Shown: positions 25,101 to 39,479 of the stretch, in pieces
Layout of the letters: every line of letters begins with the position of its first letter
Numbering within the stretch: position 1 is the stretch's first letter
Source of the DNA: Eledone cirrhosa
Lineage: Eukaryota
Direction: 5' to 3'
Length of the DNA: 64,000 bases
NCBI GenBank assembly: GCA_964016885.1
Contig: OZ024742.1
Location: forward strand, 45,694,001-45,758,000
The notes under the pieces: model-generated
What the model saw: only the letters and a program-made list of their open reading frames with translations
The model's database searches: none
What the model was told of the DNA's origin: nothing
Translations under genes and position numbers: made by a program

Positions 25101-25988
25101 TTCAGAGAGCTTATACCACTATTAGCTGCTAAAGGGTTCTCACTAAAAATGAAAGGCAGGTTGTACGATGCCTGCATACGAACAGCAATGCTGCATGGCA
25201 GTGAGACCTGGGCATTGTGTGCAGAGGATATACGCAGACTAGAGAGGAACGAAGCTTGCATGCTCCGCTGGATGTGTAACAGTAATATACGTGAACGGCA
25301 AAGCATAAACGAACTAAGGAAAAAATTAGAGATAAGAGGGATCAGATGTTGTTTACTCGAGAGAAGGCTACGTTGGTATGGACACGTGATGCGCATGAAA
25401 GTCGATAGCTGTATAACAAAGTGCAGGGCAATAAAGATAGACGGTAGTCACGGAATAGGCAGACCTAGAAAAACCTGGGACGAGCTGATAAACTCCGACA
25501 TCACACACTTACACCTCTCCAAGACAATGTCACTGGACCGAGACCTTTGGCGGTACTCAGTAACAGAGAAGACCCGCCTTACCTAAATATATAGTAAAAC
25601 CTACTCCAGCCAGTAGGCATCTCTAACAAAATACACCCCGTCCCACCACCCCCACCCCCACCCGATCCACACCACCCCGTTCTATGTAAAGTTATGTTGG
25701 TGCCGCGCCTTTGAGGCCGAAACAAATGAGATCGTGTAGGTGTCACGACAAAAAAACACACAGTCCACGCTGTAATGTGGCCGTGTAGGCAACACGGTAA
25801 AAACCTCCCAGACCCACACTATAAATGTGGTTGGTGTTAGGAAGGGCATCCAACTGTAGAAAACCTGCCAGACAGTCCTATGCGAGCAAGACAATCACTC
25901 TTGCCTCAAGTGGGACTACCCCCGTCCAAACCCATGCAAGCGTGGAACACGGACGTTAAACGTTGATGATGATGATGATGATGATGAT
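22106..25988 (+). mobile_element. RTE-A copy 2 with complete ORF
   Basis: 5' UTR, intact ORF, 3' UTR and (gat)n tail; reverse complement of ~2181-6044 with few substitutions. Confidence 0.93.
22356..25586 (+). CDS. RTE ORF: APE endonuclease + RT with internal PHD-type finger (1076 aa from MDCG)
   Basis: Same motifs as 2580-5810; YADD at 24630-24641; C4HC3 finger at 24801-24932; the ORF-track extension to 22215 depends on a non-ATG start and a 7-bp duplication. Confidence 0.95.
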   Translation: MDCGILESGGEREKSGRSATMPKIKTNSPLGRECEHSSLFRPRTANITPSPPAPHRPQPPNAIQNFRVGTINVGTLKRRANEVVEMLERKEVDVCCIQETRWRGGSARFIEGKKRCYKLFWVGNDDGLGGVGIMVAEKWADKIIDVNRVNDRIIKIRLVLNRTTVTVISAYAPQSGLPGTIKDRFYETLMLTTSQISDSDYIIIAGDLNGHVGQHCDGYDEIHGGYGFGTRNEEGSRILEFCDANNLTICNTNFKKRDNHLITYRSGEHTSQVDYILTRRRDRVSVVNTKSLPHEECTSQHRLIISDLIVRTRRTRQQKRTILRRKIWKLKDPTARNKFQSILLDAFDSKEEHLESDNIEGEWEFLKANLLLATDEVCGWSRPVGRRRVTWWWNSKVEGSIKAKKQAWKVWRDGGSREDYQVARREARRQVYLARREAEERKFKHVLQRDDQKREVFRIARQCIKENRDIVGEKCVLNDDGTLAITDADKKVAWKCHYERLLNEENNWEKGSLPHIDPIEGPAVLVEGSIISKAIKDMKTGKAAGPSEIVAEMLKASGTVGHTMVTRIVNQVVQNGVVPKDWHSSIIVNCYKGKGDALDRSNYRGIKLIDQVMKVTERVIAQLIRERIDLDEMQFGFVSGKSTTDALFIVRQLQEKYLAKGKPLYLAFVDLEKAFDRVPRSIIWWALRKLGVDEWLVRAIQAMYKETVSKVRINNEYSEEFSVKVGVHQGSVLSPLLFIIALQAITEEFKTGCPWELLYADDLTLIAESMAELEKKFQTWKHGLESKGLKINLAKTKVLVCRKENKAAVPSGKWSCSVCRKGVGRNSILCPKCKVWVHKRCSGITGKLTKNIDFTCGRCSGAISSSKCPQTTSSFNCAEGSIEIVDSFRYLGDKISSGGGCSESTVARVRTGWKKFRELIPLLAAKGFSLKMKGRLYDACIRTAMLHGSETWALCAEDIRRLERNEACMLRWMCNSNIRERQSINELRKKLEIRGIRCCLLERRLRWYGHVMRMKVDSCITKCRAIKIDGSHGIGRPRKTWDELINSDITHLHLSKTMSLDRDLWRYSVTEKTRLT

Positions 25989-26030
<42 letters not shown>

Positions 26031-26136
26031 GTATATATATATACATGTATGTGTGTATATATTATATATATATATACATGTGTGTGTGTGTATATTATAT
26101 ATATTCATGTATGTGTGTATATATATATATGTTCAT

Positions 26137-26206
<70 letters not shown>

Positions 26207-26409
26207 ATATATATATATATATACGTGTATGTGTGTGTGTATATATATATATACGTGTGTGTATATATATACATGTATGTGTGTATATATATATATATAC
26301 ATATATGTGTATATATATATATACATATATGTGTATATATATATACATGTATGTGTATATATATATATACATGTATGTGTATATATATATATATATATAC
26401 ATGTATGTG

Positions 26410-26440
<31 letters not shown>

Positions 26441-26441
26441 G

Positions 26442-26472
<31 letters not shown>

Positions 26473-26498
26473 GTGTATATATATATATATATATACAT

Positions 26499-26538
<40 letters not shown>

Positions 26539-26556
26539 GTATATATATATATATAC

Positions 26557-26621
<65 letters not shown>
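25989..26621 (+). repeat. Compound (TA)n/(TG)n array
   Basis: Direct inspection. Confidence 0.95.
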
Positions 26622-26623
<2 letters not shown>

Positions 26624-29525
26624 CTTCCACTTGGAAGCCGAGGTGAAAGTGAAAAATTTCAAAGCCATCCGTGCTGATCGCGCTGGCAGAAGAAAGGGCG
26701 GAACTGCCATTTATGTCCATAATTCTTTCTCAACAGAGGCTATGAACATATTCACTAATGGATACTGTGAGGCAGTCACTGTATTCAGTCAAACCAACAA
26801 CCTATTAGTAGTTGGGCTCTATAGGCCACCCCAAACGCCTGTACCATGCTTCAAGGAATGCCTCAACAGCATAAAGTGTTTCATCCAAGAGTGTCACCCT
26901 GACAACATCTTAATGATGGGGGACTTCAACCTCCCCGGAGTTGACTGGTCCACAAACACCCTGCCACCAGGTTCTTCTGCCTCAACCTCTGACAGGGAAG
27001 CTGTGGAATCACTTCTTGACTTCATGGAGGATTTCTTCCTATCCCAACTAGTGCTCGAACCAACGAGGTGCCACAAAAACGTCCTAGACTTAATTTTCAG
27101 CAATCACACTGACAATATCCACAATATTGCAGTGGAGAAAACTCTACTCTCTGATCATGACATGGTTCTCTGTGATCTGAGATTCCACCGTCCAATATAC
27201 AAACCCAATGTCATCTCTCCTGTCCATCCGTTTGACGCTATGGATTTCCACAATGCAAACTGGGAAGCGATCAGTCATGATCTTGCACATGTCGACTGGT
27301 CCTTCACGCACACTCATACACCCACTAACATCAAAAAGTCCTGGCAGACATTTGTGGACACTGTTACAAACATATGTGCTAAACACACCCCATTAAGAAC
27401 TATAAACAAATCTAAGAGCAGAATCCCTAGAAATAGAAAAACGCTCATCAGAAAAATTAAGAGAACGAACAAAAAAATCAACAAGCTGAAATACTGTCAG
27501 CAGCAACACATCAACTTGACTACCATTTCATCACTAGAGATTAAAAAACATAACCTCCAAAACAACATAATGTCCCTCATCAACAATCAGAGAAGAGCTG
27601 AAGAGGCCTGGGCCATTGAGAAGATCAAACTCAATCCCAAAGTGTTCTTTTCATTTGCAAAAAAACACAAAATCACTGGCTCTACTGTTGGCCCTCTAAT
27701 TGATGAAAATGGCACTCTTCAAGACAATGCTAAAACCATGGGTGAGATACTGCAGAAACAATACTGCTCTGTTTTCAGCAATCCTGATATGGCCGATCTG
27801 GGCTGTATCGGCGATGTTACTCCCCATTACACCTTATCGGACATAGCGTTTGGCGCCCCTGATGTCTTGGCGGCAATAAAGGAAATCAAGCATAATTCAG
27901 CAGTAGGTCCCGATAGGTTCCCTGCTTGTGTCCTGAAGGCGTGTCAACACCAACTTGCTTCTCCTCTTGCCAATCTGTGACGGAACTCACTGGATGCTGG
28001 ATATGTGCCAGAAAACCTTCTATCCCAGTCTGTTGTCCCAGTTTTCAAAAAGGGAAACAAATCCCTTGCCGTGAATTACCGTCCAATCTCACTCACCTCT
28101 CATATCATTAAGGTATTTGAGCGAGTGGTGAGATCGCGAATGACCCACTTCCTTGAGAGTAACAATATGCTGAACTCCAACCAGCATGGATTCCGTAATG
28201 GAAGGGATTGCCTGACGCAACTACTGCATCACTTTGATGACATTTTGAGAGCCTTGGGAGAGGGTTCCAACACTGATGTTATCTACCTTGATTTCAGCAA
28301 GGCCTTTGACAGGGTTGATCATAACATTCTACTGAGAAAGCTGTCCAATATTGGTGTCACTGGAAAGCTGCTGCAGTGGATCAAGAGCTTCCTGTCAAAC
28401 AGAACCCAACATGTTGTAGTTGAGGGAGTCAAATCAAGCCCAGCCAAAGTCAGTAGTGGAGTCCCACAAGGCACTGTGTTGGGCCCACTTCTCTTCATCA
28501 TCTATATTAATGACATCACTGACATCATCAAACACAGCAACATTAAAATTTTCGCTGATGATTCCAAGCTCCAAAAGGTCATCAATGGCGTGGATGACCG
28601 GATAAGCCTTCAGTCAGACCTACTGGCTGTTACCCAATGGGCAGAAAAGAACAACATGTTACTGAACGAGGACAAATTCGAACTGATCCACTTTGGAAAA
28701 GAGGATGCTCTGAAACTCCCGTACTCCCTTCCCTCCGGGGAAACTCTCGTGGCATCTAACAACATCAGAGACTTGGGAGTAACCGTGGACAGCAACATAA
28801 GCTGGACCACGCATATAAGCAGCAAAGTTGACATGGCCCGCAGAATGTGTTCCTGGATCCTCAGAACCTTCCAGTCGAGAGATTCCCGCACCATTATCCT
28901 TCTCTTCTCTACTTTCGCCCGACCACACCTTGAATACTGTTGTCCACTGTGGTCTCCCCACACGAAACAAAGTATCATGAAACTTGAAGCTCCTCAAAGG
29001 GCAATCACGAAAAAGATAGATGGCATGTCAGACCTTGACTACTGGGGTCGATTGGAAAACCTGAAACTTTACTCACTCCAACGTCGCCGTGAGCGTTATA
29101 TTATCTGCATGATGTGGAAAATGTTCCATCATCACTGCCCAAATGATGTTGGCATCGCCTTCAAGATACACCCAAGGCTTGGGCCCCGTGCTATCCGTCC
29201 CATTCAAAAATCTAAATCGCAAGTCATAACAACAATACGGCACAATTATTTCACCTCAATCGGCCCTGCTCTCTTCAACATCACACCAGGACACGTCAAA
29301 ACAGAAACTGACCACTCAAAATTCAAGAAGTCTTTGGACAAATTCCTCCAAGTAATCCCGGACAAACCACCCACACCCGGATATGTCTCCGCAAACAGTA
29401 ATTCTCTTCTCGAATGGGTCATGGTGCCCAAATCCTGAATTGAAAGACTTCGCCAGGTGGTGCTATTAAGTTAGACATGGCCTGGGCCAATACTGGCCAA
29501 AACATTTCAAAGTTATTCAAAGTTA
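26622..29525 (+). mobile_element. 5'-truncated CR1-like LINE; ORF2 (APE + RT) 26622-29438 with one in-frame TGA at 27978-27980
   Basis: [38 protein letters not shown]; NYRPISLTS, NQHGFR, YLDFSKAFDRV, SGVPQGTVLGP, FADD, RDLGV, RPHLEYCCPLWSP; short tandem tail atttcaaagttattcaaagtt. Confidence 0.9.
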
Positions 29526-30461
29526 CATGTATGTATGTGTATATATATATATACATGTATGTATGTGTATATATATACATGTATGTATGTGTATATATAT
29601 ACATGTATGTGTATATATATATATACATGTATGTGTATATATATATACATATGTGTATATATATATATTATATACATGTATGTGTATATATATATACATA
29701 TGTGTATATATATTATATACATGTATGTGTATCTATATACATGTATGTGTGTATATATATATACATACATGTGTGTGTGTATATATATATACATGTGTGT
29801 GTATATATATATATATATATACATGTGTGTGTGTGTATATACGTGTGTGTGTATATATATACATACATGTATGTGTGTGTGTATATATATACATGAATGT
29901 GTGTATATATATATACATGTATGTGTGTATATATGTATAGATACCTGTATGTGTGTAGAAATATATATACATGTATGTGTGTATATATATATACGTACGT
30001 ATATATATATACATGTATGTGTGTATATATATATATATATATACTTATGTATATATATATATACACATGTATGTGTGTGTATATATATATATATACATGT
30101 ATGTGTGTGTATATATATATATATACATGTATGTGTGTGTATATATATATATACATGTATGTGTGTGTGTGTGGGTGTATATATATATATACACACGTAT
30201 GTGTGTGTATATATATATATATACATGTATGTGTGTGTATATATATACATGTATGTGTGTGTATATATATATATACATGTATGTGTGTGTATATATATAT
30301 ATACATGTATGTGTGTGTGTGTGGGTGTATATATATATATACACATGTATGTGTGTGTGTGTATATATATATACATGTATGTGTGTGTATATATATATAT
30401 GCATGTATGTGTGTGTGTGTATATATATATATACATGTGTGTGTATATATATATATATACA

Positions 30462-30492
<31 letters not shown>

Positions 30493-30764
30493 GCATGTGT
30501 GTGTGTATATATATATATATGCATGTATGTGTGTGTATATATATATATATATGCATGTATGTGTGTGTATATATATATATGCATGTATGTGTGTGTGTAT
30601 ATATGTATGTGTGTGTATATATGTATATGCATGTATGTGTGTGTGTATATATGTATGCGTGTGTATATATATATATATATGTATGCGTGTGTATATATAT
30701 ATATATATATATATGCGTGTGTATATATATATATATACATGTATGTGTATATACATATATTCAT

Positions 30765-30812
<48 letters not shown>

Positions 30813-32380
30813 GTATATATATATACATGTATGTGTGTATATATATATACATGTATGTGTGTATATATATATACATATATGTGTGTATATATATATATAC
30901 ATGTATGTGTGTATATATATATATACATGTATGTGTGTGTGTATATATATATATACATGTATGTGTGTATATATATATATATATACATGTATGTGTGTAT
31001 GTATATATACATGTATGTGTGTATATATATATACATGTATGTGTGTGTATATATATATGTATGTGTGTGTATATATATTTGTATGTGTGTGTATATATAT
31101 ATACATGTATGTGTGTGTATATATATATACATGTATGTGTGTGTATATATATATACATGTATGTGTGTGTATATATATATGTATGTGTGTGTATATATAT
31201 ATACATGTATGTGTGTGTATATATATATACATGTATGTGTGTGTATATATATATACATGTATGTGTGTGTGTATATATATATACATGTATGTGTGTGTAT
31301 ATATATATGTATGTGTGTGTATATATATATGTATGTGTGTGTATATATATATGTATGTGTGTGTATATATATATGTATGTGTGTGTATATATATATGTAT
31401 GTGTGTGTATATATATATGTATGTGTGTGTATATATATATGTATGTGTGTGTATATATATATACATGTGTGTGTATATATATATACATGTGTGTGTATAT
31501 ATATATACATGTATGTGTGTGTATATATATATACATGTATGTGTGTGTATATATATATACATGTATGTGTGTGTATATATATATACATGTATGTGTGTGT
31601 ATATATATATACATGTATGTGTGTGTATATATATATACATGTATGTGTGTATATATATATGTATGTGTGTGTATATATATACATGTATGTGTGTATATAT
31701 ATATATATGTACGTGTGTATATATATATATATGTATGTGTGTGTATATATATATATATGTATGTGTGTATATATATATATATGTATGTGTGTGTATATAT
31801 ATATATATGTATGTGTGTATATATATATATATGTATGTGTGTATATATATATATATGTATGTGTGTATATATATATGTATGTGTGTATATATATATATAT
31901 ACGTATGTGTGTATATATATATATATACATGTATGTGTGTATATATATATACATGTGTGTGTATATATATATACATGTATGTGTGTGTATATATATATAC
32001 ATGTATGTGTGTGTATATATATATACATGTATGTGTGTGTATATATATATACATGTATGTGTGTGTATATATATATACATGTATGTGTGTGTATATATAT
32101 ATACATGTATGTGTGTGTATATATATATACATGTATGTGTGTATATATATATGTATGTGTGTGTATATATATATACATGTATGTGTATATATATATATAT
32201 ATGTATGTGTGTATATATATATATATGTATGTGTGTGTATATATATATATATATGTATGTGTGTATATATATATGTATGTGTGTATATATATACGTATGT
32301 GTGTATATATATATATATACGTATGTCTGTATATATATATATATACATGTATGTGTGTATATATATATACGTATGTATAT
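29526..32380 (+). repeat. Compound (TA)n/(TG)n array (~2.9 kb, largest in the window)
   Basis: Blocks of variant units (acatg, gcatg, tatg). Confidence 0.95.
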
Positions 32381-32480
32381 TTGGGTATTGTTGTTATTCC
32401 ATTCATTCTTTCTGTTTAGTCTTGGTCTTCTAAGTTCTATTTCACTGGCCTCTCTGATTTGCCTATCTGCTGGGTCCCAA
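32381..32480 (-). pseudogene. PLE GIY-YIG endonuclease C-terminal remnant
   Basis: [26 protein letters not shown] fits the R-x-x-EA-x-x-I..P-x-LNR end of PLE endonucleases. Confidence 0.45.
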
Positions 32481-32695
32481 ACAAACAACTCTGAGCGAAG
32501 AGAAGTAAAAATAAGTAAATAAAATAAAATAAATAAATAAATATATACATACAAAAGCACATAAACACACACTAGTCACCCAATCATGAACACACATCAC
32601 ACATCAAAGAAAACACTATACACACACGCAAACGCATGCGCAAAGAAGACAAAATAAAATAAACAAACAAGCAAATAAATAAATAAATATATAGA

Positions 32696-34583
32696 CATCT
32701 GGTATAGCTGCCGAGATGCTGAAGGCATCTGGGTCTGTAGGTCACACTATAACCACACGTATCGTTAACCAGGTAATACTAGAAGGGGCCATACCAAAAG
32801 ATTGGTGCAGTAGCATCATTGTCAACTGCTACAAAGGCAAAGGCGACGCACTAGATAGAGGAAACTATAGAGGTATAAAGTTGATGGACCAGGTCATGAA
32901 AGTAACAGAAAGAGTTATAGCACAGCTGATTAGGGACTGGGTGAATATAGACGAGATGCAATTTGGGTTTGTACCAGGAAGAGGCATCACTGATGCCCTC
33001 TTCCTTGTGAGGCAATTACAGGAAAAGTACCTAGCTAAAAGTAAGCCACTCTACTTGGCATTTGTCGACCTTGAGAAAGCCTTTGACAGAGTTCCACGTG
33101 CAGTAATCTGGTGGGCTCTTAGAAAACTAGGAGTAGATGAATGGCTTGTGAAAGCGGTATAGGGGAGCAGTCAGCAAAGTTAGGATTAGCAATGAGTATA
33201 GCGAGGAATTTAGCGTACAGGTTGGGGTCCACCAGGGCTCTGTTCTTAGCCCTCTCCTGTTCATCATAGTCCTGCAGGCAATGACGGAGGAATTTAAGAC
33301 TGGATGCCCATGGGAACTCCTGTATGCTGATGACCTCGTACTCATAGCTGAATCTATGATAGAACTAGAGAATAAATTCCAAACCTGGAAGCAGGGACTA
33401 GAGAGAAAGGGTCTCAAAGTCAACATGACAAAGACTAAGGTCCTTGTAAGTAGACGAGAAAACAGAACCCAGATCCCCTCAGGGAAATGGCCTTGCTCAA
33501 TATGTAGGAAAAGTGTAGGTAGGAACTCCATTCTCTGCCCCAAATGCAAACAATGGGTACACAAGAGATGTAGCGGGATCTCAGGAAGCTTAATTAAGAA
33601 TGTAGGATTCACATGCAGCAGCTGTGCTGAAACAGCAAGCAGCAAACAGCCACAGGAAACAAGTACCACCAATCTCTGGGAGGGCCCTGTAGAAACAGTA
33701 GACAGCTTCTGCTACCTAGGTGACCGAATTAGCAACGGAGGTGGGTGTTCAGAAAGTACAATAACTAGGGTAAGAACGGGATGGATGAAGTTTAGGGAAC
33801 TACTACCACTGCTAGCTGCAAAAGGCTTCTCCCTCAGAATGAAAGGCAGACTGTATGATGCGTGTATCCGAACAATGATGTTGCATGGTAGTGAGACCTG
33901 GGCGCTGAAGGTGGAAGACTTACGTAGATTAGAGAGAAACGAAGCCTGCATGCTCCGATGGATGTGTAACAGTAATATACGTGAACGACAAAGCATAAAT
34001 GAATTGAGAGAGAGACTGAGCATAAGAGGAATCAAATGCTGTGTGCAGGAGAGGCGGCTGCGCTGGTATGGGCATGTGATGCATATGAAGGATGACAGCT
34101 GCATAAAAAGGTGCAGAGCACTAGAAGTTGATGGAAACCGCGGAGTGGGGAGACCCAAGATGACTTGGGATGAGGTGATAAAAGCCGACCTTACCCAATT
34201 ACACCTCTCAAAGACAATGACACACGACCGTGACTTCTGGCATCACGCAGTAATACAGAGTACCCGACCTCCCATGGGTACATGCTGAAGCATATAAACA
34301 ATATGCCCCACACCCCCCACCGCAAGGTGGTCGTGGAGGTCCCACGGCAAAAAAGCACCCAGCCCACACTGTAAAGTGGACGTGTAGGCGCCACGAAAAA
34401 GCACCCAGCACTCACTGTAAATGAGGTTGGTGTTAGGAAGGGCATCCAGCTGTAGAAATCAAGCCAGATCAGTTCCTGTATGAGCTAGGCATGGTCAGCC
34501 GACCAGACACTGCACACAACAGGACAACCCGTCTAACCCATGCTAGCGTGGAAGAACGGATGTAAAACGGTGATGATGATGAT
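32696..34583 (+). mobile_element. 5'-truncated RTE-B copy with frameshift
   Basis: ORFs 32716-33162 and 33281-34288; 11-bp deletion near 33159 relative to the 42042 ORF; possible TSD atagaca (32691-32697 / 34582-34588). Confidence 0.9.
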
Positions 34584-34931
34584 AGACAGACTGAATAAAA
34601 ATGGCGTAGACATACAATACAACGGGAGGAAATAATAGCACCACTGACAATGTTGCAGATGTGCAACTAAAGATTTATGATAAACTATATATACGTGTTT
34701 GTGTCCATATTGTATCTGTATTATTTTTGACCGTCGGTCAGTCAATGGCAACATTGAGGACCGAGTAAGTTAGATTACCGATATAAAAGACACAGAAGCG
34801 AAAAGTGAAAACCAACGAAACAGTGAGTGTGTTCTGTTATTAATTCTGGCAATATTACAGAAATATGACCCTCCCTAAGTATAACAATATTTGTTTCGAC
34901 ACACGATTTCATATAAAAATCCTCGCAAAAC

Positions 34932-35743
<812 letters not shown>

Positions 35744-36178
35744 TACTCAGTAACAGAGAAGACCCGCCTTACCTAAATATATAGTAAAACCTACTCCAGC
35801 CAGTAGGCATCTCTAACAAAATACACCCCGTCCCACCACCACCACCCCCACCCAATCCACACCACCCCGTTCTATGTAAAGTTATGTTGGTGCCGCGCCA
35901 TCGAGGCCGAAACAAATGAGATCGTGTAGGTGTCACGACAAAAAAACACACAGTCCACGCTGTAATGTGGCCGTGTAGGCAACACGGTAAAAACCTCCCA
36001 GACCCACACTGTAAATGTGGTTGGTGTTAGGAAGGGCATCCAACTGTAGAAAACCTGCCAGACAGTCCTATGCGAGCAAGACAATCACTCTTGCCTCAAG
36101 TGGGACTACCCCCGTCCAAACCCATGCAAGCGTGGAACACGGACGTTAAACGTTGATGATGATGATGATGATGATGAT
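35744..36178 (+). mobile_element. RTE-A 3' fragment
   Basis: tactcagtaacagagaagacccgcc.. to (gat)n, matching ~25554-25988. Confidence 0.9.
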
Positions 36179-36688
<510 letters not shown>

Positions 36689-36689
36689 A

Positions 36690-36900
36690 ATCATCTTCCT
36701 GTATTCTATTGTGGGAAGGTTTACGTCTGTTTGTGTGTCCCCTCAGATTTATTATTCTATGTCCTTATATTATCATCAGTCGCAAGGTTGTGGGTTTGTT
36801 GTTATTCCATTGATGTTTTCTAATGTGGTTGAGTTTACTTTCTGTTATGTGTGTGGCTTCCTTAATCTGTCTGTGCAGTACATTTGTTCTGTGAGTAGAT
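36690..36900 (-). pseudogene. Degenerate PLE 3' remnant
   Basis: [26 protein letters not shown] resembles 32381-32480 and is followed by ctgatga on the minus strand. Confidence 0.35.
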
Positions 36901-37097
36901 ATCATTTTTATCTCAATGTTTTCTATTAAGCCACCATCTTCTAGTTTAGCATGTAGTTAGAGCACTGATTAGTTTATATATATTGCTTGATATCATGATG
37001 ATTATATATATATATATATATATCCCACCCTTGCAAGCAGGGAAAAAGCGGACGTAAAATGAAATGATGATGAATGATGATAATATATATAATATAT

Positions 37098-37492
37098 ATC
37101 ATTTCATCATCATCATTTCATTTTACGCCCGCTTTTCCCTACTTGCAAGGGTGGGACGGGAACTGATTCTGGCTTGATTTCTACAGCTGGATGCCCTTCC
37201 TAACACCAACCTCATTTACAGTGAGTGCTGGGTGCTTTTTTTCTGTGGCGTCTACACGTCCACTTTACAGTGTGGGCTGGGTGCTTTTTTGCCGTGGCAC
37301 CTCAACGACCACTTTGCAGTGGAATGATAGGGACCTCAGTCCCTATCATCTCATTTCTACAGCTGAGTAAACTGGAGCAATGTGAAATAAAGTGTCTTGC
37401 TCAAGGAAACAACACATCATCCGGTTTGAGAATTGAACTCACAACCTTTTGATTGCAAGGCCAATGCTCTAACCACTAAGCCATGTGCCTCC
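37098..37492 (-). mobile_element. SINE family 1, full length
   Basis: A box tggcttagtgg, B box gagttcaattc, CORE-like ccttgagcaagacacttta..ctcagctgtagaaatgag, RTE-B-like 3' UTR modules, (tga)n tail. Confidence 0.88.
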
Positions 37493-37572
37493 ATATATAT
37501 ATATATATATAATGTCATCATCATCATCGTTTTATGACTGCTTTTCCATGCTTATATATATTATTAATGTTA

Positions 37573-37692
37573 AGGCATGTGGGTTGGTGGTTAGAGAATT
37601 GGATTTGCAATTGTGAGGTTGCGAGTTCGATTCCCAGACCAGGCGATGCGTTATGTCCTTGAGGAAGACACTTTATTTCATGCTGCTCCTTC
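37573..37692 (+). mobile_element. Degenerate SINE head (tRNA-like + CORE-like)
   Basis: ggtggttagag..gcgagttcgattccc..ccttgaggaagacactttatttc. Confidence 0.65.
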
Positions 37693-38562
37693 TGCCAAGA
37701 GTTGCAACCAGTAGATAGTATCAGCAATGGAAACATTTTTTCCTTGGTCCAATTTGATGAGTTCTACTTCACTCAGTAATGAAATAACATTTGGGTTCTT
37801 GTTGATCGATTCCCTTTTTTTTTTTTTCTATTAATGTTATTATTATTGAATACATCAACTGTGAGCTAAAAATACCCAAGAAAGTATTTACAGGAAAAAA
37901 AAAAGATACAGAAAATCTAATGTAAATTAATCAGTGATGTATTTAAAGATAAATCAGCAATACTTGTCAGAAATTAAGAAGTGTAAATTATTTGAAATAC
38001 TTTGCACTTGTAATCCACCTACACTTAGATATCAAACATCAGTTGTTGTTATTTTCTCAGTCTACTTATCTATAACTAGGTATTTGAGTGGTTGGGTGGT
38101 TGTTTGGTTGGTGGTAAAAGTGAAGTATTTTATCCAGTAATGTCTACTACAAATATCTAACAAACCAACAAGGGATCCTTTATGCTTGGCCTGCTTGAAA
38201 TAACAGCCAAATCTCTCCTAAATTACCCCCCCCCCCTCTGTTCTACTCACCCACCATCACCAGAAAAGAAAGAACATGTTAGATAACATAGTTGTAGACA
38301 TACTCTTAAAAAGAGGTAATGGTTATGACTGGAGTGCCTTTAAGAAACAAAATTGTGTGTGCATCCACCATTTTTCTCCAATATATATATATATTTAATG
38401 AAATCATCAGAGGCATAAGGGTAACACTCATCACCCTTTTAGGGTCTCTGAGACTGGTGAGAAGAAGGGAAGTAAGTATTATTAGATCAACAGACTGGCC
38501 TGAATCCTTTCAACAAAGTAGACCCCACCAAAGTCATCCAAGGGCCAGGTAGTGGTGTTTAC

Positions 38563-38790
38563 TTAACTCTTTAGCATTCACATTACTCTACATATACTAT
38601 TATATTTTCATGGTAAAGGCTTTACCTTGCATAATTATCTCACATAATATCGAATCTATGAGATTTTGAAAGTATTTATTTTGAGAACAATACCTTAACA
38701 TCAGTTTAAGTGACCAGTTACAGCCAGTTTCAACAGAAAAAGGTAGAGAATTCTGGCCGGTTTTGGCCGGTTTGAACATTAAAGGGTTAA
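38563..38790 (+). mobile_element. TTAA-flanked MITE (piggyBac-like ends), copy 1
   Basis: ttaa-ctctttagcattca .. tgaacattaaaggg-ttaa; interior shared with 44933 and 56946. Confidence 0.7.
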
Positions 38791-39479
38791 GGTTCTTCAA
38801 ATTAGTCATTCTTTCTCCATTTTAAACACGATGAGTAGTACATTCACACTAAACTAGGTTGCTATGTATGAGGAGAACCGTTGAGGGAATAAGTTTTCAG
38901 CCTCCCAATATTCACTATAAATATTAATCATATTGATTCAGACTAAGTGTATATTAAACATTTCATTATCTTTCCTCAATCAATAACCATAAAAGCCAAT
39001 CCTACATTATCTATATTTGTGGCTTTTGCTTCATTCATTTATTTATTTAGTTGCAGCAAACAGATAAAATGTATTATTTCTCTTTGAAAGGAGCAATGTG
39101 GATGTGCTGATATTTATGTAAAAATTTTAATAAAGTCTTAATATTTCTTGCTTTCTGTAATCAGTTTCAGGATTGTGCAAAACATGTTAAAAATAAAGAT
39201 TCAATTTTCAGAGAATCACTCTTCTACATATATTCTTAATAAGCATTCATTTATCAAAGAATTGCACCCCCATATATTCTTAATGAATATTGAATTATAA
39301 GAGAATTATTTCACATATATTCTTACAAATATGTCACATAAAAACAAATCAACAGTGTGTCACCTCACTGTAAATTCTGTTCAGAATCAAAACAGTAAAC
39401 AATTATTGAATTTCTTTGATTAATTCAAAGTATATTCTAACTGCAAATATTGATTTTGAACATTACTCTCAGCAGAGCT

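Noticed and set aside
2181-25988. One giant nested palindrome or inverted segmental duplication
   Set aside because: Array polarity is not inverted, inner content is asymmetric and the paired elements differ in divergence; independent insertions fit better
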